A DNA stretch of 64,000 bases, taken from assembly GCA_040767805.1 (NCBI GenBank), contig JAXGNU010000005.1, positions 32,001 through 96,000 on the forward strand. Reading direction: 5' to 3'. This stretch comes from Thermovirgaceae bacterium. Its GTDB lineage: Bacteria > Synergistota > Synergistia > Synergistales > Thermovirgaceae. The first letter of the stretch is position 1. Each line of letters begins with the position of its first letter. Below, in pieces: positions 20,017 to 30,529 of this stretch. The notes beneath the pieces are model-generated. The model saw only the letters and a program-made list of their open reading frames with translations. It had not been told where the DNA came from and made no database searches. A program made the position numbers and the translations under genes.

Positions 20017-20733
20017 GTGAGCAAGCGAGGAGCCTTGGTCAATCAGATACTCGAAGGAATTAAAAACGGTTCCCTGGTCGAGAACGGCCAATTGCCCTCA
20101 GAAAGGGCCCTGGCGAATAAATATGGCATCAGCCGTATCCTCCTTCGAGAGGCAATCGTGGTCCTGGAGACTCTTGGTGTTGTCGAAAGCAGGGAGAGGC
20201 TTGGTATTTTCGTCAAGAAGCCCGATATAAACGGACTGGCGGAATCCCTTCGGATAATGCCTTACTGGTCTGAGAGTTTTGTTCTCCAGTTGATCGAAAT
20301 ACGCCTCATGACTGATGTACGGGCCGCGGAGCTGGCGGCGTTAAGGAGAAACGGGAAGCAGCTGGAAGCACTTCGGCAGTGCCTTGCCACCTTTCTTGAA
20401 ATAGGTGTGGATACTCTCCAAGAAGCGAAGCTTTCTTCTCATTATGAATTTATTTTCCACAGGCTTATTGTGGAAGCCGCGAACAACGATATATTGATCA
20501 GGATCTATGAAGGCCTAAGCTCCCTGATGGAGAAAAACAATGATTTCCTTCACGAAAAACTGACCCGGGACGCAACATGGGGAAAACGTGTGAAGGAGCA
20601 TCATAAGAATATTTTTCAGGCAATTCAGGATGGAGACTCGGAAAAAGCGAAGCAATGGATGCGTACTCACCTTTTCGAGACGCGGGATAGATACTGCAAG
20701 ATCTTGGAGGAATTGAAAGGACTTTTTATATAA
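20017..20733 (+). CDS. GntR/FadR-family transcriptional regulator
   Basis: QLPSERALANKYGISRILLREA winged HTH; FCD domain with FHRLIVEAANN and EHHKNIFQAI. Confidence 0.92.
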   Translation: MSKRGALVNQILEGIKNGSLVENGQLPSERALANKYGISRILLREAIVVLETLGVVESRERLGIFVKKPDINGLAESLRIMPYWSESFVLQLIEIRLMTDVRAAELAALRRNGKQLEALRQCLATFLEIGVDTLQEAKLSSHYEFIFHRLIVEAANNDILIRIYEGLSSLMEKNNDFLHEKLTRDATWGKRVKEHHKNIFQAIQDGDSEKAKQWMRTHLFETRDRYCKILEELKGLFI

Positions 20734-20838
20734 AAGAAGGTAATTACTCAACGGCCTGTTGCCCAAATAGCGTTTCTTGAGGTGGAAGTACCTGAATACC
20801 CTTAAAATCAGTGTAGGCAGCGCAAGGGGGTGCTCTCC

Positions 20839-22695
20839 ATGATGGGTATTCAAGAACCCGACGGCGGCAAATTCTTTTACACCAACATAAGAATCGCTCA
20901 AAGGGTCCGCAGGGACCACCCTCTCCGGGAGATAGCGGCGAGGGTGGACTTTGACTTCATCTAAAGCGAAGTGGCGGACAAATACGGGACGAGGGACAAC
21001 GTATCGGTTCCTCCCCCGGTGATACTGAAGCTGAGATAACGTACAATATTTTTCGCACAATCTTGTTCAATAAGGTGCAGCAGTCCCTGAAGGTGTGGGT
21101 TTTATCTTAAGACGGCAAGAACTTACCCCTGGGCGGGGGCTGCATATGAATATCACAAAAAAAGCGTGTGAGACACGGCCGGTTTCTAAAATCATCAGCA
21201 TTGACAGGGAGAGATCCGCAATCATCTTGACCAGATGGTGAAGAATAGTGGAAGACACGCTGAACAGTCTCCTGGACGCCAGGCTTGACGCTTTGTGCAA
21301 GGCCACACCCCGATATGACGTTCCCCAGACCGTGTGGATACCAGAACGGGGCCCACTACACCAGGCAGCTGCAGCCACGAAGGCCATGCCAGTGACCCTC
21401 CGGATGCCCCGCTCAGGGCGCAGGGCAGGCACCACGAACTCCATAATAAGGCCTGCACGGAGGAGACTCAAACCCAGAGAGGCCATGATTGGATGTATCA
21501 CCGGTGTATCCCGTGAGGCGTGTTGAAGATGGAGAACCAGGTAAGCCCCTCGACCGCCAGCAACATGAACCAGAAGACATGGCCATATAGAAAGCTGGAG
21601 AAATCGTCCTTGAGAAGAGCACCCTATCTGTCTCTTGGCTGGAGATCTGAAGAAAGAGAAGCTGGGGAGACGAGGTTGAGAACGTATCCATGCAAGTGGC
21701 GATAGAGGAGAGAGAATAGACAACGAAAATTTGAAAAAGTTATCGGCATGTGCTGAAAGAGCACAAATTGAACACTTGAGAAGGAAAGGGCTGAAGAGTG
21801 TTACCTCTTCATCTCTGATAAATGCTCGGGCACTTGTGGATGCCCGCAGTGGCTTTCACAGATCTAGGTGGCAAGTGCGCGGTTCATTTCTATCGCAACG
21901 TATTCACCGTAACTCCCCGTGGCAAGATGCGCATGTGTGGCGGGTTGCTGGGGCGATTCACGCTGAAGATGCCAAGGCTGCGAAAAAAAGCGGAGGGACA
22001 GTGGTGTGAAACTTGCGGGAAATGTCTTCGAAAGAGGCTCGCGAGATAGTAAAAAAAGGCTCGGACCTCAGCTATAACTCCCCCGGAGCACCGCGGAAAT
22101 CTCAGGACGAACAATCGAGCGAATTAACCGCGAGATCCGGCACCAGGAGCGCACGCAGGTGGTGGGCGCTTTCCCGGACGGCAATTCGGCCCTCATGCTG
22201 GTCCGGTATGAGACAAGACGCCTGAAATCTGCAAATGGGGAACTCGAAAGTACGCCGGACGCCGGGCTTATATGCATACGAAAGGGATCGTGAACCTGAG
22301 GTTATGGCCGGATGCGTTTAATAAAATGACACCCCTATTCGGGGAGACTGCTGAATATTAAGCCCGAGAAAAAAATGTGCGAAAAATTCTTGACACTACC
22401 AAGCTGATGCTTCTTTTGGTCTTTTACAACGTCCGGTCCGAGCGTGAGCTCATGGCTACCCTTCCGGAGAGGCTGGACTGGCTCTGGTTCCTGGGTTACG
22501 ACCTCGACACGAAAATCCCCGACCACAGCGTCCTCTCCAAGGCTCGGAAGCGCTGGAGGGCGGAGGTGTTCAGGAACTTCTTCGAGCGGATAGTTTTCCA
22601 GTGCGTTGAGGCAGGTTGGTGAACGGCGGCAAGATCTTTGTCGACGCCAGCCTTGTCGAAGCCGACGGGTCGAACAACTCGTTCTAGTGATGACT
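20839..22695 (+). pseudogene. IS1182-family transposase N-terminal remnant split by IS256 copy 2
   Basis: MMGIQE...DHPLREI...VDFDFI*...PPPVILKL continues after the IS as MLLLVFYNVRSERELM...WFLGYDLD...PDHSVLSKAR...IFVDAS. Contains an internal stop and is truncated. Confidence 0.8.
21035..22400 (+). mobile_element. IS256 copy 2, inverted relative to copy 1, interior riddled with indels
   Basis: Termini match copy 1; flanked by AAGCTGA duplication (21028-21034, 22401-22407). Transposase survives only as fragments. Confidence 0.9.
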
Positions 22696-22744
22696 AAGCA
22701 CAACCTTAATCTATGTCAAATATTACTAACAAAGTATTGGTACG

Positions 22745-24424
22745 TTATGAAAATCGGTCTTCCATCATAGCACCAAGATGTGCCTGTAGTGCATTGTTAG
22801 CGTAAATGCCAACTATGCCACATTCTTTCTTCTCAGGTTTCTCCCAACTTTCAATACGTTTTGTAATCTCATCTTTCGAAACGTCAAGGTCGACGGTACG
22901 ATTTACAATATCAATCTTAAGGACATCACCATCTTGAATTACGCCAATTACTCCGCCAATTGCTGCCTCAGGTGAGACATGTCCAATTGCCATTCCTTCC
23001 GTAAAACCCGAGAAACGGCCATCTGTGAGGACAAAAACGTCATGTCCCATACCTTTTCCCACCAATGCATCTGTTGTGAGCATAACTTCTCTCATGCCTG
23101 GAGCTCCGCGTGGCCCTTCATATCTGATTACGACGACATCGCCAATCTTGATCGTTCCGTTAAGTACCGCCTCATGTGCATCTTCGTCACAGTCAAAGAC
23201 CTTTGCTATACCCGTAAAAGCATATTTTTCTTTTGGGATTGTCGTTGTCCTGCAAATGGCACCGTTTAGTGCAATATTGCCTTTCATTACCGCTATGCCT
23301 CCATTGGGGAAGACGGGATTGTCCACGGTCGTTATAACGTTACAATCACGAGATTTTGATTTTTCTGAAATTTGTCCTATCGTTAGCCCTGATACTGTTA
23401 TGCAATCCTTATGTAGGAATTGCTTTATCTCGCCCATCAAAGCAGGCACACCACCAGCACGGTAAAAATCGACAACAGTTGCCATGCCCGTCGGTTTTAC
23501 TCTACTGATCACTGGCACAATTTTTGACAACCTGTCAAAATCAAGAAGCGTGAGATCAACTCCAACTTCGCGCGCAAAACTCAAGAGGTGCAATACAGCG
23601 TTAGTAGAACCGGCTACTGCCATTGTCGCCGCTATTCCATTTAAGAAAGCTGCTTTTGTCATAATATCACTAGGCTTTATGTTTTTTTCAACAAGTGTAA
23701 TAATACTACGGCCAGTTTGGGTAGCAAAGCGTTCCTTTTCTGCGTATGTTGCAGGTATTACAGAAGATCCTGGCAAAGAGAGCCCGAGCACTTCCGTAAG
23801 TATTTGCATTGTGTTCGCTGTCCCCATGAGGGAACATGCCCCAGGACCAGGACAGACATTGTTTTCAAGATATTTTATCTTTTTGTCGATTTCTTCATTG
23901 TGATCAAATTGATTACCAAAAACAATTTGATCAAGCTCGCTGATTAATGTTTGTTTATTGTTATACACACACACATCTTGGCATCCCCCCGTTATAACAA
24001 TGGTAGGAATTTTGGCACGTATTGCACCAATAATTACACCTGGTATGATGCTATCGCATGATGCTATCAACACCAGACCGTCAAAAAGATGACTGCCCGC
24101 CATAATTTCTACAGAAGATGCGACGACGTCCCTAATCATCAGTTCATGGCGGAAATATGGTGTACCTATGGATACAGTTCCACATGTAGAAATAGTGCCA
24201 AACTCGAAGGGGGTACCACCAGCTTCGAGGATTCCGTTGCGCACTCTTTTCGCAAGTCTGCCAAGATGTACATGTCCAAGAGCCGCATCGTTGGCCGTAT
24301 TTACGATGCCTATTAACGGCTTTTTCAACTCGTCATCATCGTAGCCACAACCTTTATATATTGCACGGCGTGACCCAGAACTTCTCTTGGAATATCCAAA
24401 TCTCGTATTAAGATAGTCCGTAAT
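22745..24424 (-). CDS. IlvD/Edd-family dehydratase, divergent
   Basis: [49 protein letters not shown] and GHVSPEAA motifs. The frame is open upstream of TTG 24328 to an ATT at 24424 behind AAGGAG. Confidence 0.88.
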   Translation of the reverse strand: MTDYLNTRFGYSKRSSGSRRAIYKGCGYDDDELKKPLIGIVNTANDAALGHVHLGRLAKRVRNGILEAGGTPFEFGTISTCGTVSIGTPYFRHELMIRDVVASSVEIMAGSHLFDGLVLIASCDSIIPGVIIGAIRAKIPTIVITGGCQDVCVYNNKQTLISELDQIVFGNQFDHNEEIDKKIKYLENNVCPGPGACSLMGTANTMQILTEVLGLSLPGSSVIPATYAEKERFATQTGRSIITLVEKNIKPSDIMTKAAFLNGIAATMAVAGSTNAVLHLLSFAREVGVDLTLLDFDRLSKIVPVISRVKPTGMATVVDFYRAGGVPALMGEIKQFLHKDCITVSGLTIGQISEKSKSRDCNVITTVDNPVFPNGGIAVMKGNIALNGAICRTTTIPKEKYAFTGIAKVFDCDEDAHEAVLNGTIKIGDVVVIRYEGPRGAPGMREVMLTTDALVGKGMGHDVFVLTDGRFSGFTEGMAIGHVSPEAAIGGVIGVIQDGDVLKIDIVNRTVDLDVSKDEITKRIESWEKPEKKECGIVGIYANNALQAHLGAMMEDRFS

Positions 24425-24534
24425 GGGTAATCTCTCCTTTAAAAAATACTTAAACCTAACATTAAATATCGATTCGTTATCCTCTTTAGATACTTTAATT
24501 ACAACGTTAGGAAAAACAGAAAACTCATTTCTTG

Positions 24535-25521
24535 TTAGATTTTAATCTCGCGCCCAATTCCAGCTCTTATAGCATTGTTATAAATGTTCCATGCAGCAAC
24601 CACGTCCAGCACTGCATATCCCACCGTTTTCATCACCGTGATCTGGTTCGGATTCTGACGACCATCGATCTTACCGTCTAGAACCTCTCCAAGCTCACCG
24701 GCGATACAATCAAAACTGTACTTGCCCTCGTTGATTGGTATAATAAAATCTCCAGCTTCGGCAAATACAGATTCTTTGTTGTCAACAAATACGCGCGCCC
24801 TCCGGATTAACGATAAATCAAGTTCTCTTTTGTTTGGTGTGTATGAACCTACTCCGTTTACATGGGCCCCATATTTTATCCTTTTACCATCAAAAACTGG
24901 AGTTTCGGATGTCGTTACGGTTGTTATTACATCTGCTTCATCTGTCGCTTCTTCTGGCGAAGACGTAGCTACCAGTTTTACTCCGAATCGCTCCGCCGTA
25001 TCCATTTCTCGGGTGACGAAACTTTTTATCCTTTCTTTCGATACATCATATATTCTTACTTCTTCGATATTTCTTACCATAAGCATTGCTTCAAGCTGTC
25101 TATGCGCTTGCCCTCCAGTACCAAAAAGAGCCGCAACTTTGCTGTTATTTCTTGCAAGAATGTCAGTAGCCGCACCGGATATTGCTCCTGTCCTTATCCT
25201 TGTAACCTCTGTACCATCGATCATCGCACAAACTTCACCTGTCTCATGATCCAGCAATAATACCTGAGCAGTAACAACGGGAGTATTCTTATTTATGTTG
25301 TCCAGAAAAGTGGACACAATTTTTATTCCTATACGGTTTACATAACTCTTCACGTATGCCGGCATAAACTGTGACATGCTAGCCTCATTTACTCTAAAGC
25401 TAATGCGCACCGGAACCTCTGTCTGCCTCTGCGAATGGAGTAAAAACGCCGTTTTATTCGATTGGATTGCATCCCGCATTGTAAAAATTTTGTTAATATC
25501 CTGTGCGTCCAATAAAAGCAT
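24535..25521 (-). CDS. Ornithine cyclodeaminase/mu-crystallin family (imine reductase-like)
   Basis: MPAY...[28 protein letters not shown] and KTVGYAVLD motifs. Confidence 0.9.
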   Translation of the reverse strand: MLLLDAQDINKIFTMRDAIQSNKTAFLLHSQRQTEVPVRISFRVNEASMSQFMPAYVKSYVNRIGIKIVSTFLDNINKNTPVVTAQVLLLDHETGEVCAMIDGTEVTRIRTGAISGAATDILARNNSKVAALFGTGGQAHRQLEAMLMVRNIEEVRIYDVSKERIKSFVTREMDTAERFGVKLVATSSPEEATDEADVITTVTTSETPVFDGKRIKYGAHVNGVGSYTPNKRELDLSLIRRARVFVDNKESVFAEAGDFIIPINEGKYSFDCIAGELGEVLDGKIDGRQNPNQITVMKTVGYAVLDVVAAWNIYNNAIRAGIGREIKI

Positions 25522-25556
25522 TAATATTTCCTCAACCTATTATTATTAAAACTATT

Positions 25557-26294
25557 TTAGAGGTGCCCTTCATATTGCTTCGGGGTAACTGCGTTATATA
25601 CGTGTTTAATCATCGTTATAAAATCATAGATTGGAAGGCCTGTGTGATCGTGGAGCAGTTTCGCATACGGAGGTAGGTCGCTGCATTCAAGAAGAATCGC
25701 ACCGATGGTCCCTTCTCTCTCTATCATCTCATCAACAACCTCAATGATCTCTTTCTGCATTAGCTCATTGTCAAGTGTGCCCCTACAATGAAGAATGGCT
25801 TCAAGGAATTCAGGCTTATTCTCCATGCCGTAAACGACAACAGGCATATCTTCAGTGACACCAACACTGCGGAAATGACTAGTGGTGAGCTTTGATTTAT
25901 TAGCTGTAATGACCCCCAATTTCTGTCTTGAACTTAAGGTCTGTACTATAAAAGGTATCTGTAACAAACTTGAAAGGAACACGGGAACATCAACGGCATC
26001 CGCAACTTCCTTTTGGAAAAGGGCCATAAAACCACATGCTCCTGTTATTGCGCGTACGCCTTCTCTTTCCAGCTGCTTTGCACCTTCGACAAAAGCGGAC
26101 ACCAAACTTTTGTCAGCCTGATAAACCATCCTTTGCGTATCCGCTCCCTTAACTTCATGGTACCTTACTGGAAATGGATAGGTATTAGCATTTGCAACAT
26201 TTCCTGGAATATAAGGATACGCACAATCCAGCACCAGTATACCAACAGCCTCACCACTCCACGATTTACTTCTCTTATCAAGTGTGTAAATCAT
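25557..26294 (-). CDS. Asp/Glu/hydantoin racemase-family protein
   Basis: Two catalytic-type Cys motifs, ITGACGFM and LLECSDLPPY. Confidence 0.85.
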   Translation of the reverse strand: MIYTLDKRSKSWSGEAVGILVLDCAYPYIPGNVANANTYPFPVRYHEVKGADTQRMVYQADKSLVSAFVEGAKQLEREGVRAITGACGFMALFQKEVADAVDVPVFLSSLLQIPFIVQTLSSRQKLGVITANKSKLTTSHFRSVGVTEDMPVVVYGMENKPEFLEAILHCRGTLDNELMQKEIIEVVDEMIEREGTIGAILLECSDLPPYAKLLHDHTGLPIYDFITMIKHVYNAVTPKQYEGHL

Positions 26295-26431
26295 TTTTTA
26301 ACCCTCCAAATTTTTTAATATGTATCTTTTGTTCAGTCACAAAATACCAAAGTATCTTCTGAACATCATGATGATTAATATGCGTTTTATTTGGCAGATA
26401 ATTTTTTTCGAGATAAAGTGGATTGTTTAGT

Positions 26432-27736
26432 TTATACTGTCCCCAAAACCAGCTTGGGTAACCAGAGAGAAAGCTCTGGGAAATATGTTACGGCTATCAG
26501 TGTAGGAAACCATGCGAATAATATGAACCACATTGTTGGGGGAAGCATCTCTAAAGCAGAAACTCCTGAAACTCGGGAGCCAAGGTAGAGCAAAGGGGCA
26601 CACGGCGGTGTTATAACTCCAAGACCAAGGTTTACACCAACAATTGCAGCAAGATGCACAGGGTGAACGCCGAAACTTGCCACCACAGGGACAAGGATAG
26701 GAACGCTGAGCAACATAGCTGATAGGTCATCCATGATCATCCCCAAGCCGAGAAGCATCAAGTTGATTATCAGCAATATAACTCTCGGATCCTTGCTTAT
26801 ACTCTTAAGTACGCCCATCATTAGCTCGGGAAGTTCTTGCATTATAAGCAAGCGGCTTAGAATCATTATGCCAAATGACATCACGAGGACGGAGCCAGTA
26901 GTTTCTGCCGCATCGAGAAGGGCTTCCATTAAGAATCTCAATGTTAACTTCTTGTAAAATAAAAACCCCACAGGGATAGCATAGAAAACTGCTATGGCCG
27001 CAGATTCAGTTGGCGTAAATATCCCTGAATAAGTTCCGCCAAGAACGATTATCGGCATAAGCAGAGCTGGCGTACCCCACTTAGTCTTGGTCTTTATTTC
27101 GTCCCAACGTTCTCGACCGTATTTCTTCTCCACCAGCTGTATGTTTGTGTTATTACGAAGCATTACAAGGTTCGTTATCGAAAGGGTTGTTGCAAGAAAT
27201 AAACCAGGTAAAACCGTCGCAAGGAAACAAGCTAATATTGACTGCCTTGCAACCCATGCGTAAATGATCATTGTTGAACTGGGCGGTATCAAAAGCCCAA
27301 GAGGCGCCGCATTTGTAATCAATGCCGCAGCATGGCCTTTCGGATAACCTTGATCGTACATCTTAGGCAGCATGACCGAACCAATGCACACTAGCGTAGC
27401 GTTGCAGCTTCCAGATATAGCTCCGAATACTGCTGAGGAATATACAGATACTACTCCAAGTCCTCCACGAATATTTCCGACAAATAGATCAATAAAATCT
27501 ACAAGTGCTTCCCCTATTGCACTTTTCTGCATAATATTACCTACCAGAATATAAAGGGGAACACAAAGCATCACTACAGCATTTAAGACATCGAAACCAT
27601 AAGGAAGCATAAATGAGGGATCAAGTTTCAAATGGTACACCAGGATAAAAACTGCTGTTATAAACGAATACATTACAGGGACACTTAATGTTAACATTAT
27701 AACGACAATGAGCATAGCCAGTCCGACTACAAGCAT
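26432..27736 (-). CDS. dctM: TRAP large permease
   Basis: GAISGS, LGLLIPPS, FTPTESAA and GVITPP motifs. Confidence 0.92.
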   Translation of the reverse strand: MLVVGLAMLIVVIMLTLSVPVMYSFITAVFILVYHLKLDPSFMLPYGFDVLNAVVMLCVPLYILVGNIMQKSAIGEALVDFIDLFVGNIRGGLGVVSVYSSAVFGAISGSCNATLVCIGSVMLPKMYDQGYPKGHAAALITNAAPLGLLIPPSSTMIIYAWVARQSILACFLATVLPGLFLATTLSITNLVMLRNNTNIQLVEKKYGRERWDEIKTKTKWGTPALLMPIIVLGGTYSGIFTPTESAAIAVFYAIPVGFLFYKKLTLRFLMEALLDAAETTGSVLVMSFGIMILSRLLIMQELPELMMGVLKSISKDPRVILLIINLMLLGLGMIMDDLSAMLLSVPILVPVVASFGVHPVHLAAIVGVNLGLGVITPPCAPLLYLGSRVSGVSALEMLPPTMWFILFAWFPTLIAVTYFPELSLWLPKLVLGTV

Positions 27737-27756
27737 TTAATCATCCCCACAATACA

Positions 27757-28269
27757 TTATTCATAAATCCCAGCTTTATATTTACGAATATCTCTCGATA
27801 GATAAACAATAGAAAACAACAACATAAGAAGGTATCCAATTAATATCGCACTTTGGGGCACAAGAAGAGGTATTTTCCATATCACAGTCACTGGATTAAA
27901 TTCAAGGTCAAATAGAAGCATCTGAACTGCTAGAATAACAAGTGGAATTCCTAAGATAACCTGAATTATTTTTGAAATCAGTGAAACTATTAAACTAGTC
28001 TTTTTTGACACAAAAACAGCCAGAAAATCTGCCTTTATTTCAGTTTCTCGAAATGAGGAATAGGCGGCACCAATAAAATACATCCAAAACGCCCCAACAA
28101 GAACAAATTCTTCATAACCAATAAAATTTTTGTATAAAACATAACGAAATAATACGACAACACCCAATATTACTGTTACAAGTACAGTTGACAAAATCAT
28201 TAAAAATCTTAAGGTTTTTAAAAGAACCTTCCAGAAGATTGTGCGCTGAATTCTTTCGTCCCAGTGCAT
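27757..28269 (-). CDS. dctQ: TRAP small permease
   Basis: 4 TM segments, between dctP and dctM; ATG 28269 chosen as start. Confidence 0.85.
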   Translation of the reverse strand: MHWDERIQRTIFWKVLLKTLRFLMILSTVLVTVILGVVVLFRYVLYKNFIGYEEFVLVGAFWMYFIGAAYSSFRETEIKADFLAVFVSKKTSLIVSLISKIIQVILGIPLVILAVQMLLFDLEFNPVTVIWKIPLLVPQSAILIGYLLMLLFSIVYLSRDIRKYKAGIYE

Positions 28270-28404
28270 TACTTCTCTCCTTCCTACTTCTTTCTTGCGC
28301 GAATCTCTTGTAAGAATAAGCGAAGCAACATAACATGCTTGAAAACAATGCCATGCCATGTTGCCTCGCTCATGTTTAAAATTGGGGAATAAACCTCTTC
28401 CCTG

Positions 28405-29415
28405 TTATTTTGTGATATAGGCGACAATCGAATCCATCAGTTCTTTAGAAAAAGTATCGGAATACTTTGGCCATATTGTATCGCGAGCGAGTTTCGCCAT
28501 AAACTCCCTTTCGTTTTGAGTAGGTTCTATCACCTCTATACCAAATTCTTTCATTTCTGCGATATATTGGTTATGGCTCCTTTCTGCTTCCGCGTTCGTC
28601 CACTTTGCGACTTCCGCAAAAGCTTCTCTCATTATTTTCTGATTCTTTTCACCAAGTGCTTCCCATGCCTTTTTGCTTATGACGTAATCATTAAGTGCAA
28701 AAACGCAGTCATAAGTGATGTATGATCCTACAGCATCACGAAGTTCGAGAAAAACGGCTTCTGGACTGTCACCTGTATTCCCGTTGATGACGTTTGTCTG
28801 CATTGATGAGAAAACTTCTGTGCGAGGCAATGTAGCTACCTGATAGCCCATTGCCATGTACCACTCTCTCTTCGGGGGTGTCGCTTCAACTCTGACCGTC
28901 ATCTTTTTTGTATCTGTCGTAAAGGGCGTAGTGACAGTTTTCCCTTTTGAAATGGCGGCGCCCTGAATTCCGTCAATAACGGAACCAATATAGACAACTC
29001 CGCATTCTTCGTATGCCATCGCAAAAAATTTCGCAAAGGGTGATTCTGGTTCAAGAAGCGCATTCAACTCTTTAAAATCTTTAACAATGAATGGTAATGT
29101 TTGAATGTCAAACTTTTTGTTAAATCTCGGAGTTGCATAATTACCTTCCATATCAACGGTTCCACGAATCACTTCCTGAAACACGTTCTCGTAACTACCA
29201 AGCTGACTTGATGGGAAAACTCTAATCTCGACTTCCCCGTTTGTACGTTCTTTCATTATTCGAGCAAATTTTTCATAGCCTTCTGTTAGAAATGAGCCAG
29301 GGGGGAACAACCCAGAAAAGCGAAGTTTCAGCGGCTGTGCTTCTGCAGCCATACATAAAAATGGAACTAGGATTATTGTCAATAATACTGTGCTAACAAA
29401 CGTTTTTTTGGTCAT
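28405..29415 (-). CDS. dctP: TRAP substrate-binding protein
   Basis: Signal peptide; RTNGEVEIRVFPSSQLG and EVFSSMQTNVING motifs. Confidence 0.9.
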   Translation of the reverse strand: MTKKTFVSTVLLTIILVPFLCMAAEAQPLKLRFSGLFPPGSFLTEGYEKFARIMKERTNGEVEIRVFPSSQLGSYENVFQEVIRGTVDMEGNYATPRFNKKFDIQTLPFIVKDFKELNALLEPESPFAKFFAMAYEECGVVYIGSVIDGIQGAAISKGKTVTTPFTTDTKKMTVRVEATPPKREWYMAMGYQVATLPRTEVFSSMQTNVINGNTGDSPEAVFLELRDAVGSYITYDCVFALNDYVISKKAWEALGEKNQKIMREAFAEVAKWTNAEAERSHNQYIAEMKEFGIEVIEPTQNEREFMAKLARDTIWPKYSDTFSKELMDSIVAYITK

Positions 29416-29995
29416 AATAATTACCTCCCTGCATTATCTAAATAAAAGTACGAATGAAACACTGCGTGCTATTATTCATGATCCTCTTCTCACTATCTGA
29501 GTCTGATCTAATCACCTCCATTCAAGTTCACATATTTCGCTTGTCAATCGTCTGAACCACTAGATTCTTAGTCATCTCGGTCGTAATACTCTCAGTCAGT
29601 TCGGAATTGCTTTAAATATTTAACAACTCTGAAGGATTTTATAATCTCAATTTTCCGCGCCAGGTTAGAATAACCTCCTTCCTGGACTACTTATTTCCCC
29701 TATCGTTCTCTGAACTCCCTATGGTGAATTAAAAGCAATCCAATCCTTTGCATCAAACCTTTTTCCCAAAAAGTAAGAACCAAATAAGAAGTCATGAAAT
29801 TCTCTACTTCTATGTTTTATGTGGTGGAATAAATTAAAGTTAATAATAAGGTTTTTTATACTGGCACTACCATGGATAGACCATAAATATAAGTGACTAT
29901 ACAATAGAACCATTTTTTTGTCTAGCTTCCGAGTTACCTCTGTGATCGGACAGCGGTAATTTCCCACCTCAGGGTTTTGTTAGAGATTGTATCCC

Positions 29996-30325
29996 ATGAA
30001 GGACGAGGGTGACATCAGGTTGCCCATCAAGCAGGCGCGGAGACTTCACGTTCTTGAAGAGGTGACGGGCGGGGTGATAACCAACAGGGAGGCTTCAGCC
30101 GCTTTGGGGCTGTCGGTGCGGCAGATCCAGAGGATAAAGACCGGCTACGAGGAGGCGGGAGCGTCATCGCTGGTCCACGGCAACACCGGCCGCAAGCCTT
30201 CCAACTTCATCCCTACCGACATAAGGGCCTTGGTGGCAGAGCGTGCCGTTGGCCTGTGGAAGGGAGCCAGCGCCAGCCACATGTCGGAGCTACTCTTTAC
30301 CGAAGCGGGGCGGCGGACCCGTTAA
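29996..30325 (+). pseudogene. ISNCY-type transposase N-terminal (HTH) remnant
   Basis: EASAALGLSVRQIQRIK...LVHGNTGRKPSN; truncated. Confidence 0.75.
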
Positions 30326-30529
30326 GGACCCGGCGGTGATAGCCCGGGTCCTGAAGGTGGATCATACCAAGGCCTTTGTTCTTTTTTCAAAGATTCTCAA
30401 ACGATTCAGCTTTGCTCACAAGGGACGACCGATTACCTGTCCCGCCTTATTTGTTTTTTGTAGAACTCAAAGGACTCAATTGAGCAACAGCTGAGCAACA
30501 GCCCGTCAAGACCTGACACCAATCAGGTC

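Noticed and set aside
18463..22400. Composite transposon of two IS256 copies carrying the GntR gene
   Set aside because: Each copy has its own distinct target duplication, which shows independent insertions.
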